DNA of 64,000 nucleotides. Source: Candidatus Aenigmatarchaeota archaeon (GTDB taxonomy: Archaea; Aenigmatarchaeota; Aenigmatarchaeia; QMZP01; QMZT01). The stretch lies in contig JBGPQP010000004.1 in NCBI GenBank assembly GCA_041489155.1, positions 13,592 to 77,591 of the forward strand, given 5' to 3'. The notes beneath the pieces are model-generated. The model was not told the origin of the DNA, made no database searches, and saw only the letters and a list, made by a program, of their open reading frames with translations. This document shows positions 26,231 through 34,225 of this stretch, piece after piece. Within the stretch, counting starts at the first letter, position 1. Each line of letters begins with the position of its first letter. The position numbers and the translations under genes are program-made.

Positions 26231-27433
26231 CTAAGCAAGCAAGGGTATGCCGAGTTCCATGTGGATGTTCCTCTCCGGAACCGGCAATGTGTGCGTGACT
26301 GCGCCGAGCGGACCCATTACGTATGGCGATTTGACGCCCGTAACAACAGTGATGACCTTCAGCCTGTTTTTGTAAGCCGGGTCTATCCTCGCGCCCCATA
26401 TCACCGGAGCGTCGGGATCCAGCTGCTTCGAGACGTACTCGCCTATCCTGCTTACCTCTTCGAGTTTGAGGTCGTAGCCGCCGGTTATGTGTATGAGCGC
26501 GCCTGTCCCGCCGTGGTAATCCACGTCAAGCAGCGGGTGCGACATCGCCCTTATTATCGCTTCTTCGGCTCGCTCTTTGCCGTCGGATTCGCCGAAGCCT
26601 ACGGTGGAGACACCACCGATTTGCATTATCGCCTTTACGTCGGCGTAGTCCAGATTGACGAGCGAAGGCTGCGATATCGTCTCGGTTATGCCCTTTATCA
26701 TGTTCGCAACCAAGTCGTCGGCGACATAGAACGCTTGTTTCAGCGGAAGGTTGCCTGCTATCTTCAAAAGCCTGTCGTTCTCTATCGCTATAACAGTGTC
26801 AGAAACCTGCCTCAATGCGTACAAACCGTCCTCCGCCTTGTTCATTCTAGCGCCCTCGACCTTGAAAGGCATGGTCACGTTCGCTATTACTATCGCACCC
26901 ATCTCCTTCGCTATCCTCGCGATCACAGGCGCCCCGCCTGTTCCCGTTCCTCCACCCATTCCGGCGACAAGGAACAGCATGTCTATGCCTTCCAGCATCT
27001 TCTTTATTTCCCTCTCGCTCTCTTCTGTCGCCTTTTTGCCTACTCCCGGATATCCTCCTGCACCAAGACCCCTCGTTACCTCCCTGCCGAGCAAAAGCTT
27101 TTCGTGCGCATTGGTCATGCCAAGGTGTTTCGCGTCCGTATTCATCGCCACGGTCTTCGCTCCCAGGATGCCTATGTCGGTCAGCCTGGATATCGTGTTG
27201 TTGCCGCCTCCGCCCACGCCTACGACCAGAATCTTCGCGCCCATCATGTCCAGGTCGAACTCCTCCTTTATCCTCTGGTAGCAGTCTGTTGTCGAGCCAC
27301 CTCCCTTGACCGGCTCAGCCTCTTGCTTCTTGGCCTCTGCCGGCTTGGCTTCCGTTACGGATGCCGTTTCTATCGCCGCCTCCATCGCCTTCACGGCGGT
27401 TTCGGCCGATTCCTGCGCTTCCGTTGCTTCCAT
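26231..27433 (-). CDS. ftsZ: Cell division protein FtsZ (paralog with acidic/Ala-rich N-terminal extension)
   Basis: 'VVGVGGGGNNTISRL', 'NTDAKHL', 'GMGGGTGTGGAPVIA' (tubulin signature) and 'NLDYADVKAIM'. Confidence 0.92.
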   Translation of the reverse strand: MEATEAQESAETAVKAMEAAIETASVTEAKPAEAKKQEAEPVKGGGSTTDCYQRIKEEFDLDMMGAKILVVGVGGGGNNTISRLTDIGILGAKTVAMNTDAKHLGMTNAHEKLLLGREVTRGLGAGGYPGVGKKATEESEREIKKMLEGIDMLFLVAGMGGGTGTGGAPVIARIAKEMGAIVIANVTMPFKVEGARMNKAEDGLYALRQVSDTVIAIENDRLLKIAGNLPLKQAFYVADDLVANMIKGITETISQPSLVNLDYADVKAIMQIGGVSTVGFGESDGKERAEEAIIRAMSHPLLDVDYHGGTGALIHITGGYDLKLEEVSRIGEYVSKQLDPDAPVIWGARIDPAYKNRLKVITVVTGVKSPYVMGPLGAVTHTLPVPERNIHMELGIPLLA

Positions 27434-27904
27434 GCTAACTCACCCCTCATTGAATCTTGCACCCCGCCGCCGGAAATTATATGCTCCATCATTCATTTTC
27501 CAGTGTCGAAATGCTTTTATGTTCTTTTCTCAATTATTTTCCAAGAACTAGCTTATACTCAAGGATAACACCAAAGAACCAAATTCAATGAACTCAATTC
27601 GTCGCCAAACGAACTGGGTTCGCACGAAGGCAACTTCGCCAAAAGTTGCCTGTTAATTCCCTTTTTCTGCGCAGTTTAAAACGTTGTCAGTAAATAATTC
27701 CATTTTTGCTATATAAGCTTTTGCTACCCCTTCCGGCGAAAAGGAGGCTTTTTAGGTCTTTTTTCGCTTGCTTCAGGAGGCTCTTTCCCGGCAAAAACAG
27801 CGGCGACATATAGCGAAAAGTCCCTGCAGAAAGCTTTATAAAGCATGGATTTAATTACTTATCAGAGATAACACAATTAGAGGTTAAAGGAAAGGGTGTG
27901 TGGG

Positions 27905-28390
27905 ATGAGAAACGCATTCAAAAAATATCTCAAAGGTGAAAGAAACATTTTCATAGATCCAGAAATAAGCCTTGGAGCAAGGCAGTCCTACGTAAACGAA
28001 GGCCCTGCTTACAATTCGCTTGCCGGGCTCTTCCTTGAACTCGGAGGCAAGGTAATAAAAGGCCTGATAAAAGGCCTCACCGAAGAGGATCTCACAGGAG
28101 GCAAATACTACGGGCCACTCCAGATAGGAAAGAAAATATTTCATCTCGCCAACAGCGCTTACATAGGCGAATTCCTCGATAAAAACGGCGGCAAGTCGGA
28201 TGAGATAAACCTGGGCGCGCAGCACGAAGGCGTAAAGCTCATGAACCCCTTTTCGGCAAAATACGGAGTTCCACCGGGAGAGGTAGCCATACACGAAACA
28301 CTGCACGAAAAATTCCCGAATGCAAGCGAAGCCGAAATAACGCAGGCTGCAAGAATGCTTGCGCAGAAATACGAAGTGGCTCTAAACTGA
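27905..28390 (+). CDS. Hypothetical protein with an HExxH motif
   Basis: ATG at 27905 follows 'aaagggtg'; the track start at 27896 is GTG. 'VAIHETLHEKF' is the only recognisable motif. Confidence 0.45.
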   Translation: MRNAFKKYLKGERNIFIDPEISLGARQSYVNEGPAYNSLAGLFLELGGKVIKGLIKGLTEEDLTGGKYYGPLQIGKKIFHLANSAYIGEFLDKNGGKSDEINLGAQHEGVKLMNPFSAKYGVPPGEVAIHETLHEKFPNASEAEITQAARMLAQKYEVALN

Positions 28391-28405
28391 AAGGTGTAAT
28401 TGAAA

Positions 28406-29377
28406 ATGAACGCGCTCTCAACAAGACTTTTTGAAGACGGTGAGATAGGAATAGGTATAGCTGGAGGGAAACCCGTCACTCTTAGAGCGCAAAATGCTTC
28501 TGCCGGAGGCGGCGGGACGAACTACGACAACAACTTTGTTTATCCCGGAGTTGGGCGTCTTGCCTACAACGCTCTTGGCATGCTGGGCAGCTTGGCTGGC
28601 TATAAGGCGCTTGAGGCAATTAAATTTCCGAGAGATTCAACAAGAAACGCGCTTAAAGGATCATTCGAAAAGGTCTTTAAACAATATTATTTTTTCAAGG
28701 CAAAAAATGAATTTCCTTTCCTGTCCCAAAGATATGGATTCTTGCAGGGTTCCAGTATTGTTGACAGATATTGTACAATAACAGTCAAGGAGAATGGCGA
28801 AGAGAAGGAAAAGCCTCTCTTGATGCTGCCTCGGGGAGCAGATATAAAAAATGTAAAAGAATTTGGGAAACAATACCTGTTAACTTATTATCAGAATCCC
28901 GGACACAGCGAAAACTACAGCGATGAGCTGAATGATAGACTGAGGGGTATTTTCTTTAATCATCTGTGGGCGCAAACCGGTACCGATTCAAGATACATGA
29001 ACGGTGATCTCAGGGAAATGGAGGAATTCAGCAAATTCCAGGCAAAGCTTGCGAGCATAGATATACGCAACATCCATCAGTTGGGCAAATGCGAGGAAAT
29101 ATCCATAGCAGTACCAGTACAAGGCGGAGGCACTGTAAATAGCACGATAAGAATTTATCACAAGCCATACGGCCTGATGACTTATCTGCCAAACGAAGGC
29201 GGAAACTTTTTATCGGACGTGGTCGACAGGTATCTTTTCAAAATCGTTGAAGCGATAGCAGGAAGCAGAATTGCAAGACAAATATCCGAAGAGGAGCAGT
29301 TGAACGCGCACGTAAAACTTAGGGCCAACGTCACAGCGACCCTTGGCGGAAGGAAACCACTGGAACATTACACGTAA
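28406..29377 (+). CDS. Hypothetical protein (323 aa), no recognisable family
   Basis: The ATG at 28406 is 10 nt downstream of 'aaggtg'. The ORF is long and uninterrupted in a region that looks lower in GC. Confidence 0.5.
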   Translation: MNALSTRLFEDGEIGIGIAGGKPVTLRAQNASAGGGGTNYDNNFVYPGVGRLAYNALGMLGSLAGYKALEAIKFPRDSTRNALKGSFEKVFKQYYFFKAKNEFPFLSQRYGFLQGSSIVDRYCTITVKENGEEKEKPLLMLPRGADIKNVKEFGKQYLLTYYQNPGHSENYSDELNDRLRGIFFNHLWAQTGTDSRYMNGDLREMEEFSKFQAKLASIDIRNIHQLGKCEEISIAVPVQGGGTVNSTIRIYHKPYGLMTYLPNEGGNFLSDVVDRYLFKIVEAIAGSRIARQISEEEQLNAHVKLRANVTATLGGRKPLEHYT

Positions 29378-29434
29378 TAGAAAAAACTTGTTCGCAAGCC
29401 CACAAATTTAAACTTATTAGCCCAATAAATTAAC

Positions 29435-30088
29435 ATGGCCGTGGACATATTCGAGATGCTGGTCGACATACTGAAAATCAACCAGAACCTCGTAAATGAA
29501 TACTCGAGCCAGGGCCCGCTTTACCAGCTGTTTTACCTGTTCTTCTTCCCGATGGTTTTCATAATTGTTTTCATCTACCTGCTTTCTAACGCTGTAATGA
29601 AGGAGCACAAAGGCCTGAGGATACTGATATCAGTAGGCATCCTGGCCTTCATAATCCTGCAGGGCTATTACAGCTGGTTCGTCACCATAAGCAAGTTCTG
29701 GTTCTTCGGCCTCATATTCCTGGGATTCTTCTATTTCATAGTAGCCAGAAGAGGGGGAGGGGCGAAGGGCATGACGCTCGGAAGCGAAAAAGGAGGCAGC
29801 GCGATTCACTTCGTCGAGGAGCTGACCGGCAAGTCTCTGAATCCAATGAAGGCGCTTGAATACAGACAAAAAGCGGAGAGAACGCTGAAGAAACTCCTGC
29901 AAAGGAAAAATGTCCTAGAGGACAGGATAAGGCAGGTCAAGCACGACCCGAAGGCCGCGGAGCAGGTGTTCATGCAGGTAGGAGAGGTCGACCAGGCGAT
30001 AGCGCTGATAAGCGAGTTCATAAAGAGCGGCGCCTGGCACGATTACGAGGACTGGGTCAAGATCAATTCGAGCAGGTTCGGTCTGTAG
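29435..30088 (+). CDS. Membrane protein with C-terminal coiled-coil tail, hypothetical
   Basis: 217 aa. Three hydrophobic helices, then 'RQKAERTLKKLLQRKNVLEDRIRQVK'. Confidence 0.55.
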   Translation: MAVDIFEMLVDILKINQNLVNEYSSQGPLYQLFYLFFFPMVFIIVFIYLLSNAVMKEHKGLRILISVGILAFIILQGYYSWFVTISKFWFFGLIFLGFFYFIVARRGGGAKGMTLGSEKGGSAIHFVEELTGKSLNPMKALEYRQKAERTLKKLLQRKNVLEDRIRQVKHDPKAAEQVFMQVGEVDQAIALISEFIKSGAWHDYEDWVKINSSRFGL

Positions 30089-30090
30089 TG

Positions 30091-30567
30091 ATGTTTATGT
30101 TCCCTTTCGATTTCCTTGGGATGGAGACGCTTCTTCCATTTTTCCTCGTGCTCGCGATAGTCTACGGCGCGCTGGAGGTTTCGAAGGTCTTCACCAACCG
30201 CGGCGTCAAGGCGATAATAGCCGTCGTCTTCGCCTTCTTCTCGGTGATGAACGCGCAGGTCGTCGCCTTCATAAATTCAATCCTCCCTTACGCGGCGGGC
30301 TTTTTCGTCGTGATATTCATAGCCTGGATAGTGCTGAAGCCGCTGAGAGGCAAGGGTGAAGGAAAGAAGGGGATGGATCCCGTCCTGCTCGTGGTCATAC
30401 TCGTGCTCGTCCTGATACTCCTCGCGAGGATGCAGACCACGGATTATCTGCCCGAGAATAGCATATTCTCGAACACGAACTTGATCTGGATAGTGGGCAT
30501 AATAATCGCAGTGGTCGTGCTCTATAAGGTTTACAAGATAGGCTCCGGCCAGGGCCCCGGACCATGA
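30091..30567 (+). CDS. Polytopic small membrane protein, paralog of 30655-31194
   Basis: 'LLPFFLVLAIVYGALEVSKVF..RGVKAIIAVVFAFFSVM' aligns with the next gene's 'LFPFLLALAIVYGLLSWALKE...RGVIALIIAFFVMV'. Confidence 0.6.
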   Translation: MFMFPFDFLGMETLLPFFLVLAIVYGALEVSKVFTNRGVKAIIAVVFAFFSVMNAQVVAFINSILPYAAGFFVVIFIAWIVLKPLRGKGEGKKGMDPVLLVVILVLVLILLARMQTTDYLPENSIFSNTNLIWIVGIIIAVVVLYKVYKIGSGQGPGP

Positions 30568-30654
30568 TGATGAACGCGTCTTCTGCCCTTTTTAAAAAGC
30601 GCTATCTGCCGAGGAAGATATACTTTTATAAAGGTTCTATTACAATAAGTTAAT

Positions 30655-31194
30655 ATGGCAGACGGAGCATTTGCAACCTTATTGCAGAACATGTCAAGGC
30701 TGGGATTCTTCCAGTTCTTGTTTCCGTTCCTGCTTGCGCTAGCGATAGTCTACGGACTTCTCAGTTGGGCACTCAAGGAACAGTTACCGAAATCGGCGAG
30801 AGGCGTGATAGCGCTTATCATAGCGTTCTTCGTGATGGTTTACTCCAGCTGGAACTCTATGATCGTCACCTTCTTCGCGGAAATGTCAGGCATGTGGCTA
30901 GTGGTAGCGACAGGGCTGATGTTCATAGTCATACTGCTCGCGCTTGTGGGCTTCGACATCAAGACGCTTACTGCCGGAAAAACCAGCAAGTGGGTAATCG
31001 TCCTGCTACTGGTCTTCATCGGCATAGTGATCTTCTTCGGAGCCGGCGGGGCATGGCTGGTGAACATACCAGGATGGACTTGGAGCTCGGACTTCTGGAC
31101 AGTGCTGTTCTTCATAGTAATACTGGCGGTAGTGATATTCTGGCTAGGGCAGGAAGGCGGAGGCGGGGCACCAGCTGCGGCACCAGCCAAGTAG
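30655..31194 (+). CDS. Polytopic small membrane protein, paralog of 30091-30567
   Basis: Shares the N-terminal motif noted for 30091-30567. Five hydrophobic segments and a Gly/Ala/Pro tail. Confidence 0.6.
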   Translation: MADGAFATLLQNMSRLGFFQFLFPFLLALAIVYGLLSWALKEQLPKSARGVIALIIAFFVMVYSSWNSMIVTFFAEMSGMWLVVATGLMFIVILLALVGFDIKTLTAGKTSKWVIVLLLVFIGIVIFFGAGGAWLVNIPGWTWSSDFWTVLFFIVILAVVIFWLGQEGGGGAPAAAPAK

Positions 31195-31294
31195 TTTCCT
31201 TTGCTTTTTGCTTTTATTTTGAATAGTTTTAGCTGTAACTGCGTATTTTTTATTCCAGAAAACAAAGCTGTTTCAGGATAGAACGGGGATTGCC

Positions 31295-31645
31295 ATGAGA
31301 AGCGAAAGCAGGAAGAAGCCGGAAGCCTGGACGAAGATAGCGGGGGAGAGGATTCAGCTGCTGTTCGAGCAGGCGGAAAACGAGTTCAGGAAACATCCGG
31401 AGCGTGCGAAGCGCTACGTCGAGCTCGCCAGAAAAATCGCCATGAGATACAACGTCAGGCTGGCGCAGCGAAGCAATTTCTGCAGGCAATGCAACGCCTA
31501 TCTCAAGCCGGGCGTCAACTGCAGGGTCCGAACGAGAAAGGATAAACAGGCAGTCGCCGTCACATGCCTCGCGTGCGGCCACGTGTCGAGGCATCCTTAT
31601 ATACGCGAGAAGGAAATTAATAAAAAGAGGGGTAAAGGCAAATGA
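31295..31645 (+). CDS. RNase P protein component Rpr2/Rpp21 (Rnp4)
   Basis: Basic helical N-terminus (ERIQLLFEQAENEF...AKRYVELARKIAMRYNVRL) and zinc ribbon 'CRQCNAYL...VTCLACGH'. Confidence 0.75.
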   Translation: MRSESRKKPEAWTKIAGERIQLLFEQAENEFRKHPERAKRYVELARKIAMRYNVRLAQRSNFCRQCNAYLKPGVNCRVRTRKDKQAVAVTCLACGHVSRHPYIREKEINKKRGKGK

Positions 31646-31896
31646 AGCTCGTCCTGATGCTCGGCATGCTGGTAATCTTCATCTCGTGTTTTTTCATATT
31701 CTTCACCTTCGATTCGATGATAAGAAGCAAGTTCGTCTGCGAGTACCGTGAAAAACTGGTATGCAACGTCGGCCAGCTGAACAGCACCATAGTTTTCGGC
31801 ATCCTCATCGTGGGCATGTTCCTTTTCGTGGACACGCTGGTTGTTTACGTCATGATGAAAACCTGGGTGCCTGACCTTTTCGTTTACGGCGGATGA
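31642..31896 (+). CDS. Small membrane protein, hypothetical
   Basis: 84 aa. The start overlaps the Rpr2 stop (ATGA). Two or three hydrophobic helices. Confidence 0.35.
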   Translation: MKLVLMLGMLVIFISCFFIFFTFDSMIRSKFVCEYREKLVCNVGQLNSTIVFGILIVGMFLFVDTLVVYVMMKTWVPDLFVYGG

Positions 31897-31918
31897 TGCA
31901 AGGCGCATTCCGGAAAAA

Positions 31919-32578
31919 TCACTCGACGCCAAGCATCTTTCTGGATATCCACATTGCCGGGAATGAAATGAGTATGTACCATATCACAAGGCTCATGTAG
32001 GTCCAGCCGAAAAGGGGGACGCGGAAAGGCAGCGCCACTGCCAGGTTCATTTGCGTTTTGTTCATGCCGAGCGGTTCGACTGACCATCGCAGGCTGCCTG
32101 TCTGCAGGAGGTCGTCCTTGGAATACGCCATGTCGTCGGAGAAATCGCCGTTGCCGTTAATGTCTAGCGTGATTTTTATCTGGTCGTTTATTTTCTCGGC
32201 CCTCACTGGATAGCTGAAACCGGCGTAGGAAAACTGGCCTGCGCTGATATTCTCGCCGTTCGGCTTCATTTCTATAGCAACGCCTCCGTATGACTGCAGG
32301 ATGTAGCCGATCAGCAGGAGGCCTATGCCCATTGTGACAAACATGGGTTTCATCGTGTTGCGCATCTGCTTCTGGCTCAGCTTCATCATTTCGCTCATGT
32401 GCTCATTCGCCTTCTTCATGTCCTTCTGCTTTTGCGCTTCCTTTGACTTCTCCCTGTAGAATTTCATGTCCTTCTTTATCTGGCGCATCTCCGCCGGCTT
32501 GGTCAGAAACCTGTAGAGGAAACTGCTGAATATAAAGAAGCCAAGCGAGAAGAGAAATATTTCCTGGTATGGAAGCAT
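31919..32578 (-). CDS. DUF106/EMC3-like (archaeal YidC/Oxa1-like) membrane protein
   Basis: TM1 plus a basic coiled coil ('RQIKKDMKFYREKSKEAQKQKDMKKANEHMSEMMKLSQKQMRNTMKPMF'), then further TM helices. It lies downstream of the adk homolog, as in many archaea. Confidence 0.7.
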   Translation of the reverse strand: MLPYQEIFLFSLGFFIFSSFLYRFLTKPAEMRQIKKDMKFYREKSKEAQKQKDMKKANEHMSEMMKLSQKQMRNTMKPMFVTMGIGLLLIGYILQSYGGVAIEMKPNGENISAGQFSYAGFSYPVRAEKINDQIKITLDINGNGDFSDDMAYSKDDLLQTGSLRWSVEPLGMNKTQMNLAVALPFRVPLFGWTYMSLVIWYILISFPAMWISRKMLGVE

Positions 32579-32600
32579 AAAATCACAATCCTCGAAAATC

Positions 32601-33125
32601 CTAGTGCCTCAGCACGTCGCCCAGCTCCTCCACTGCTTCCATCATCTTACTTTCCCTGAACTTTATGAGCTTCAGGGTCGAGCCGGTGAGCGACGCGTAA
32701 ATCGAACCGAAGTACCTGTTTATCCCCTGCTGCTCAAGCGTCCTCGGGTCGAGCCTCTCGTTGATGTCGGCCTGCCTTTCAAGTATGACTATCGTGTCAG
32801 GCTTGAAGGAGCGGAAAAATCCCTCGGGCACCGCGCCTATGTAGCCGTGGCGCGTGTCGAAGGTGAGGTAACCGTTTATGAGCATGCTGCCCTTCTGCTC
32901 CTTGAGGTCGGCTATGACGGTCTTCTCCATGTCCTCGTAAAACTTCGTGAGCATCTGCCTCGCCGTCTCCGACTCGGCGGCCTGCTCGACGTCTTCGGCG
33001 ACTTCGCTTATCTTGTCGAAATCGACGACCGTGAACTCCTTCTTTCTGCCGGACCTCTGGAGCGCAAGCTCGACTATAGTTTTCCTGTCCAGTTCCCTAA
33101 GGCCTGTGACGAAAATCAATTTCAT
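32601..33125 (-). CDS. Archaeal-type adenylate kinase (AdkA) homolog lacking the P-loop
   Basis: The C-terminus 'SLTGSTLKLIKFRESKMMEAVEELGDVLRH' and central 'GYIGAVPEGFFRSFKPDTIVILE' resemble my recollection of the archaeal AdkA pattern. The N-terminus reads 'VTGLRELDRKT' where 'TGxPGxGKT/ST' is expected. The ATG at 33125 is preferred over the TTG at 33155. Confidence 0.7.
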   Translation of the reverse strand: MKLIFVTGLRELDRKTIVELALQRSGRKKEFTVVDFDKISEVAEDVEQAAESETARQMLTKFYEDMEKTVIADLKEQKGSMLINGYLTFDTRHGYIGAVPEGFFRSFKPDTIVILERQADINERLDPRTLEQQGINRYFGSIYASLTGSTLKLIKFRESKMMEAVEELGDVLRH

Positions 33126-33178
33126 GACAACACCCCGAAAATTTTGAATATGCAATTCCGCCTTTTTGAATATAAATA

Positions 33179-34225
33179 TTATCCGAAGCCTTTTAAAATA
33201 GTTTTCAGTTCGGATATGAGGCTGTCATCGCCCGGGTCCCTGCCACGCAGGAGGCCGAGGTAGACAGTGGTGAAGTCGAGGACGTACAATGTGGACAGCA
33301 TCCTTGAAAGCCCGTAGGGGTAGATGGACCACACCTCTGTGACGGACCTGGCCGATTTCTTCAGCAGGCCCTTTGTGAATTCTATGCGCTTCCTCATCTT
33401 CCCGCTTTCCTGGTTGTCTCTTATTATGACGACGGAGAAATTCTTGCCCATGGCAGCGTCGTCCCAGCCGAGGATAGAATTGTGGTTGAGCTCCGGGAAG
33501 ATCTCGCAGAACGAAGGCGTCTTCGAGTTCTCGTTGAACTGCGTCCTGGCGCGGTAGACGACGGGCTCGTAAACACCGAAGCCCTGGATGACGGGGATTG
33601 AACCGAAAAGCTTGAAGGCTATCCTTTTCGCGGGATTGTCCTTCATGGGATTCGAGACCTTTATTTCCTCCCTCGTCTCTTTCAAATTCTTCACTACCAG
33701 CTCCAGGTTCTGCTTGCCGATGAATCTGATTTTTTCGAGTATGATTATTACAGGGAAAAGCAGGTAGCCAAGGGCGAATCTGGGCTTGATGCCATCGACC
33801 TTCGGTATCTTGACGCAAAGGAGCGAGCGCTTCACGCACTCCTTCTCGAGCTCCCCTCCGGACGTCACGGCGATTAACTGGCATTCTCTTTTGGCAGCTT
33901 CCTTCAGGACGCTTAGCGTTTCCTCCGTGTTGCCCGAATAGCTTACGGCAAAAACGAGGTCTTTCCCTCCCACATATCTGGGCAGGTCGTACCCCTTTAT
34001 CACCCTTATCTCATTGTCCGGGAAAATGCCAGCAATTATGTCACCCACGATGCCGGAGGCTCCCATGCCGCAAACGAAAACCCTCTCGGGCTTTTTTATC
34101 CCATTGACGACGAATTTCCTTCCAACGGCGATGGCTTCCTCGCACTGCTCCGGGAATTTTTCAACAATATTCACTACTTTGGACAAATCGAGTTTTTCGA
34201 TTTCCTTCGGCTCGTCAAGAATCAT
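33179..34225 (-). CDS. Bifunctional phosphoglucose/phosphomannose isomerase (SIS domain)
   Basis: 'VCGMGASGIVGDI' and 'AVSYSGNTEETL' are SIS signatures. Its length and C-terminal helical domain fit the archaeal PGI/PMI family. Confidence 0.8.
   Translation of the reverse strand: MILDEPKEIEKLDLSKVVNIVEKFPEQCEEAIAVGRKFVVNGIKKPERVFVCGMGASGIVGDIIAGIFPDNEIRVIKGYDLPRYVGGKDLVFAVSYSGNTEETLSVLKEAAKRECQLIAVTSGGELEKECVKRSLLCVKIPKVDGIKPRFALGYLLFPVIIILEKIRFIGKQNLELVVKNLKETREEIKVSNPMKDNPAKRIAFKLFGSIPVIQGFGVYEPVVYRARTQFNENSKTPSFCEIFPELNHNSILGWDDAAMGKNFSVVIIRDNQESGKMRKRIEFTKGLLKKSARSVTEVWSIYPYGLSRMLSTLYVLDFTTVYLGLLRGRDPGDDSLISELKTILKGFG

Noticed and set aside
26171-27568. 465-aa plus-strand ORF, the longest ORF in this region
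   Set aside because: It is exactly antisense to the strongly conserved FtsZ gene. Its translation is Arg/His/Tyr/Val-rich low complexity with no motifs. It is a shadow ORF typical of GC-biased coding DNA.
27434-27904. Tested the long spacer by eye for SRP RNA, RNase P RNA, 5S rRNA or another tRNA
   Set aside because: No conserved helices or motifs of these RNAs could be recognised, and the GC content is too low for a typical structured archaeal RNA. It is kept only as a low-interest unexplained spacer.
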